Source: Camelus ferus (taxonomy: Eukaryota). Taken from it: 64,000 nt of DNA. Location: NCBI RefSeq assembly GCF_009834535.1, contig NC_045696.1:57414001-57478000 (forward strand), written 5' to 3'. Shown here piece after piece: positions 62,126 to 64,000 of the stretch. Positions within the stretch are counted from its first letter, which is position 1; each line of letters opens with the position of its first letter. The notes under the pieces are model-generated. The model was given only the letters and a program-made list of their open reading frames with translations, did no database searches and was not told where the DNA came from. Made by a program: the position numbers and the translations under genes.

Positions 62126-62483
62126 TTCTCATACCACCTATATTTTAGCAGAATCAGAAAAATAAAGATCAAACAGCCCTCATATATTCACCCTCTATAT
62201 ATCTGAAATACAGTTTCAGTATAAATGAAAACCATTTTGCTTGGTTGAGAAGTGAAGGGTAGATTTTTCTCATTTCTTCCTTATAGCAAACTCTGGTTTT
62301 CCCAACTAGTGTATCTGTAAAAGAGCTAGAGATCATCATACCTTGTCATAACAGCTACAGGAGGTACTGTTTATTATACACTCACTAAGAGTCAAAAACT
62401 GTGCTTAACATTCACTCTCTCTAATCTGCACAACAATACTAGGTTAGGAATTAATTTTCTTTTATCATAAAAGAGAAACTGAG

Positions 62484-63035
62484 TGTACAGAAAAGAGCTA
62501 ACACAAGCCTAAGACTGCTATCATTTTTTAAAGATCACCTTACAAGGTTGGCCCGTGGCTGGTGTCTAGGAACTTGGATTTCAGAACTGTTTCCACCAGT
62601 TTCCTAGTAAGAGTGACCAACTGGCCTAATCCGTTTGTAAAAACGACATGGTTTATGCTGAACACCTGCTTTCCTTCCTGAAGTTTGGAATTCTGGTATG
62701 TGGTAGCAGAGGATGCCCACATGACCACCATTTGATAAAGACTCTGGTCACTGAGTCTCTAGTGAGTTACCCTAGTAGGCAACACTTCAACATGTTATTA
62801 CAACACATTGTAGGAGGAATTAAGCTGTCTTATGTGACTCCACTGGAAGAGGACCCGTGGAAGTTTGCACCTATTTCCTCTGAATTTCACCTTATGTGCC
62901 TTTTCCCTTTGCCAATCTTGCTTTTATCCTTTCACTGTAATAAGTCATAGCCATGAATGTAATTATATCCTGGGAACTATGAGCCCTCCTAGCAAATCAC
63001 TGAACATGGAGTAGGTCTTGGGGATCTCCAACACA
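62484..63035 (+). mobile_element. Solo ERVL-class LTR (MER68-like), apparently full length
   Basis: TGTACAGAAAAGAGCTAAC...GGTCTTGGGGATCTCCAACACA follows the MER68 consensus as I recall it. No clean TSD. Confidence 0.85.
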
Positions 63036-63244
63036 CAACTCATAAATGTTATTAAAAGATAACCAAAGCTTGTTTATAAATAGCATAATGAATAAAATCA
63101 ATTGTCTTAAAATTTTAAAAAAATCCACATTACAATTTAATTTATTGCTAAAATTTTTCTTCATAAAAGTTTTAATTTAAGGCATTCAAACCTCAAAGAT
63201 ACCATCATTTTTTAAAAAGTAAAATCTTTACTTACTTAGAATTA

Positions 63245-63470
63245 ATGAAAGCTAACATGTATTAAGTGTTTACTATGAACTAAGCATTGTGCTAAGTGCT
63301 TTGCAATGCATTATCTTATTAGCCCTCACAACAGGACTATGAGGTAGGGCCTGTAATCATCTCCATTTTACAGATTTAAAAAAAGTAAAGCTCAAAGAAG
63401 TTAATAAACTTGTCATGGTTCTACCAGCATGATGTGGTGGAGTCAGTATACAAATCCAGATTAGTTTACC
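63245..63470 (-). mobile_element. MIR SINE
   Basis: GCTAACATGTATTAAGTGTTTACTATG...CCTCACAACAGGACTATGAGGTAGG...CTCCATTTTACAGAT. Confidence 0.8.
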
Positions 63471-64000
63471 ATTTTATATAATGTTCATTATATTGCCTCC
63501 CATGTAAAAGAGTAAGAAACACAAAACATATTCCCAAATGACCAACTTCTGACTCACTTGTTTTCCCTAACTCACTTTTTAAGCTATTATTCTTCATAAC
63601 TGGTACTACAGTTCATTCTTTATACTGAAGAGTTGACCATAATACATGGATCCAAAGATCATTCCTTAATAGGTAAAATATAAATCATCAAAAAACAAGT
63701 TTTTTGGAAATATTTTTAAAGCAAGCCCAACACCACTTGTGGCACATAGTAGGCATAAAACTTTCCAAGGGAATGGATATTGCATTCTTTCTAGAGTGCA
63801 TCAAAATATATTTAAACATCTCCTCTATTAGAAGTCATTTAGTGTATGCTATTACAAGCAATGCTGCAATGAATATCAAAGTACAAGTTTTTACGTACTC
63901 ATGATAGTACTTTGCAGGCTGAATTTCCCTTGAAGTCAGGTGGCTGGGTAGGAGGATACATATTTTGAAATTTTTGATTAGATACCAAATTTTTTTCCAA

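Noticed and set aside
63225..63245. Donor-like TAA|GTAAGT on the minus strand as IQCB1 non-coding exon 2
   Set aside because: It abuts a MIR and I found no convincing acceptor. The real 5' exons probably lie beyond the window.
1..64000. CRISPR arrays, rRNA, snoRNA or prokaryote-type systems
   Set aside because: I saw no repeat-spacer periodicity, rRNA similarity or convincing paired C/D or H/ACA boxes. The window reads as ordinary mammalian gene-plus-repeat DNA.

Overview
Mammalian genomic DNA, most likely camelid: it has tRNA-Ala-derived Vic-1-type SINEs and camelid-type L1 3' tails, and I saw no Alu, B1 or Bov-A. Two minus-strand genes lie in tandem. IQCB1/NPHP5 has its complete coding region here: 13 coding exons, 62125 down to 32089, 1797 nt = 598 aa, all GT-AG, poly(A) signal near 31764; its non-coding 5' exons were not located. 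About 10 kb downstream is the 5' end of GOLGB1/giantin: a CpG-island promoter at about 21.0-22.1 kb, a non-coding exon 1, a 14.8-kb intron 1 and four coding exons (176 aa), after which the gene runs off the left edge. The rest is introns and intergenic DNA full of old transposons (L1, HAL1-like, L2, MIR, Charlie/MER, Tigger1, two solo LTRs), often nested. I see no clearly new gene system. The best leads are an in-frame IQCB1 exon14 to GOLGB1 exon2 read-through junction, a ~470-bp fold-back element in IQCB1 intron 10, an out-of-frame uORF overlapping the IQCB1 start, a UPRE/GASE motif overlapping an in-frame GUG in GOLGB1 exon 1, and a candidate CA-repeat-guarded poison exon. Gene identities, exon numbering and repeat subfamily names come from my recollection of human proteins and repeat consensus sequences, not from a search; repeat boundaries without TSDs are approximate.
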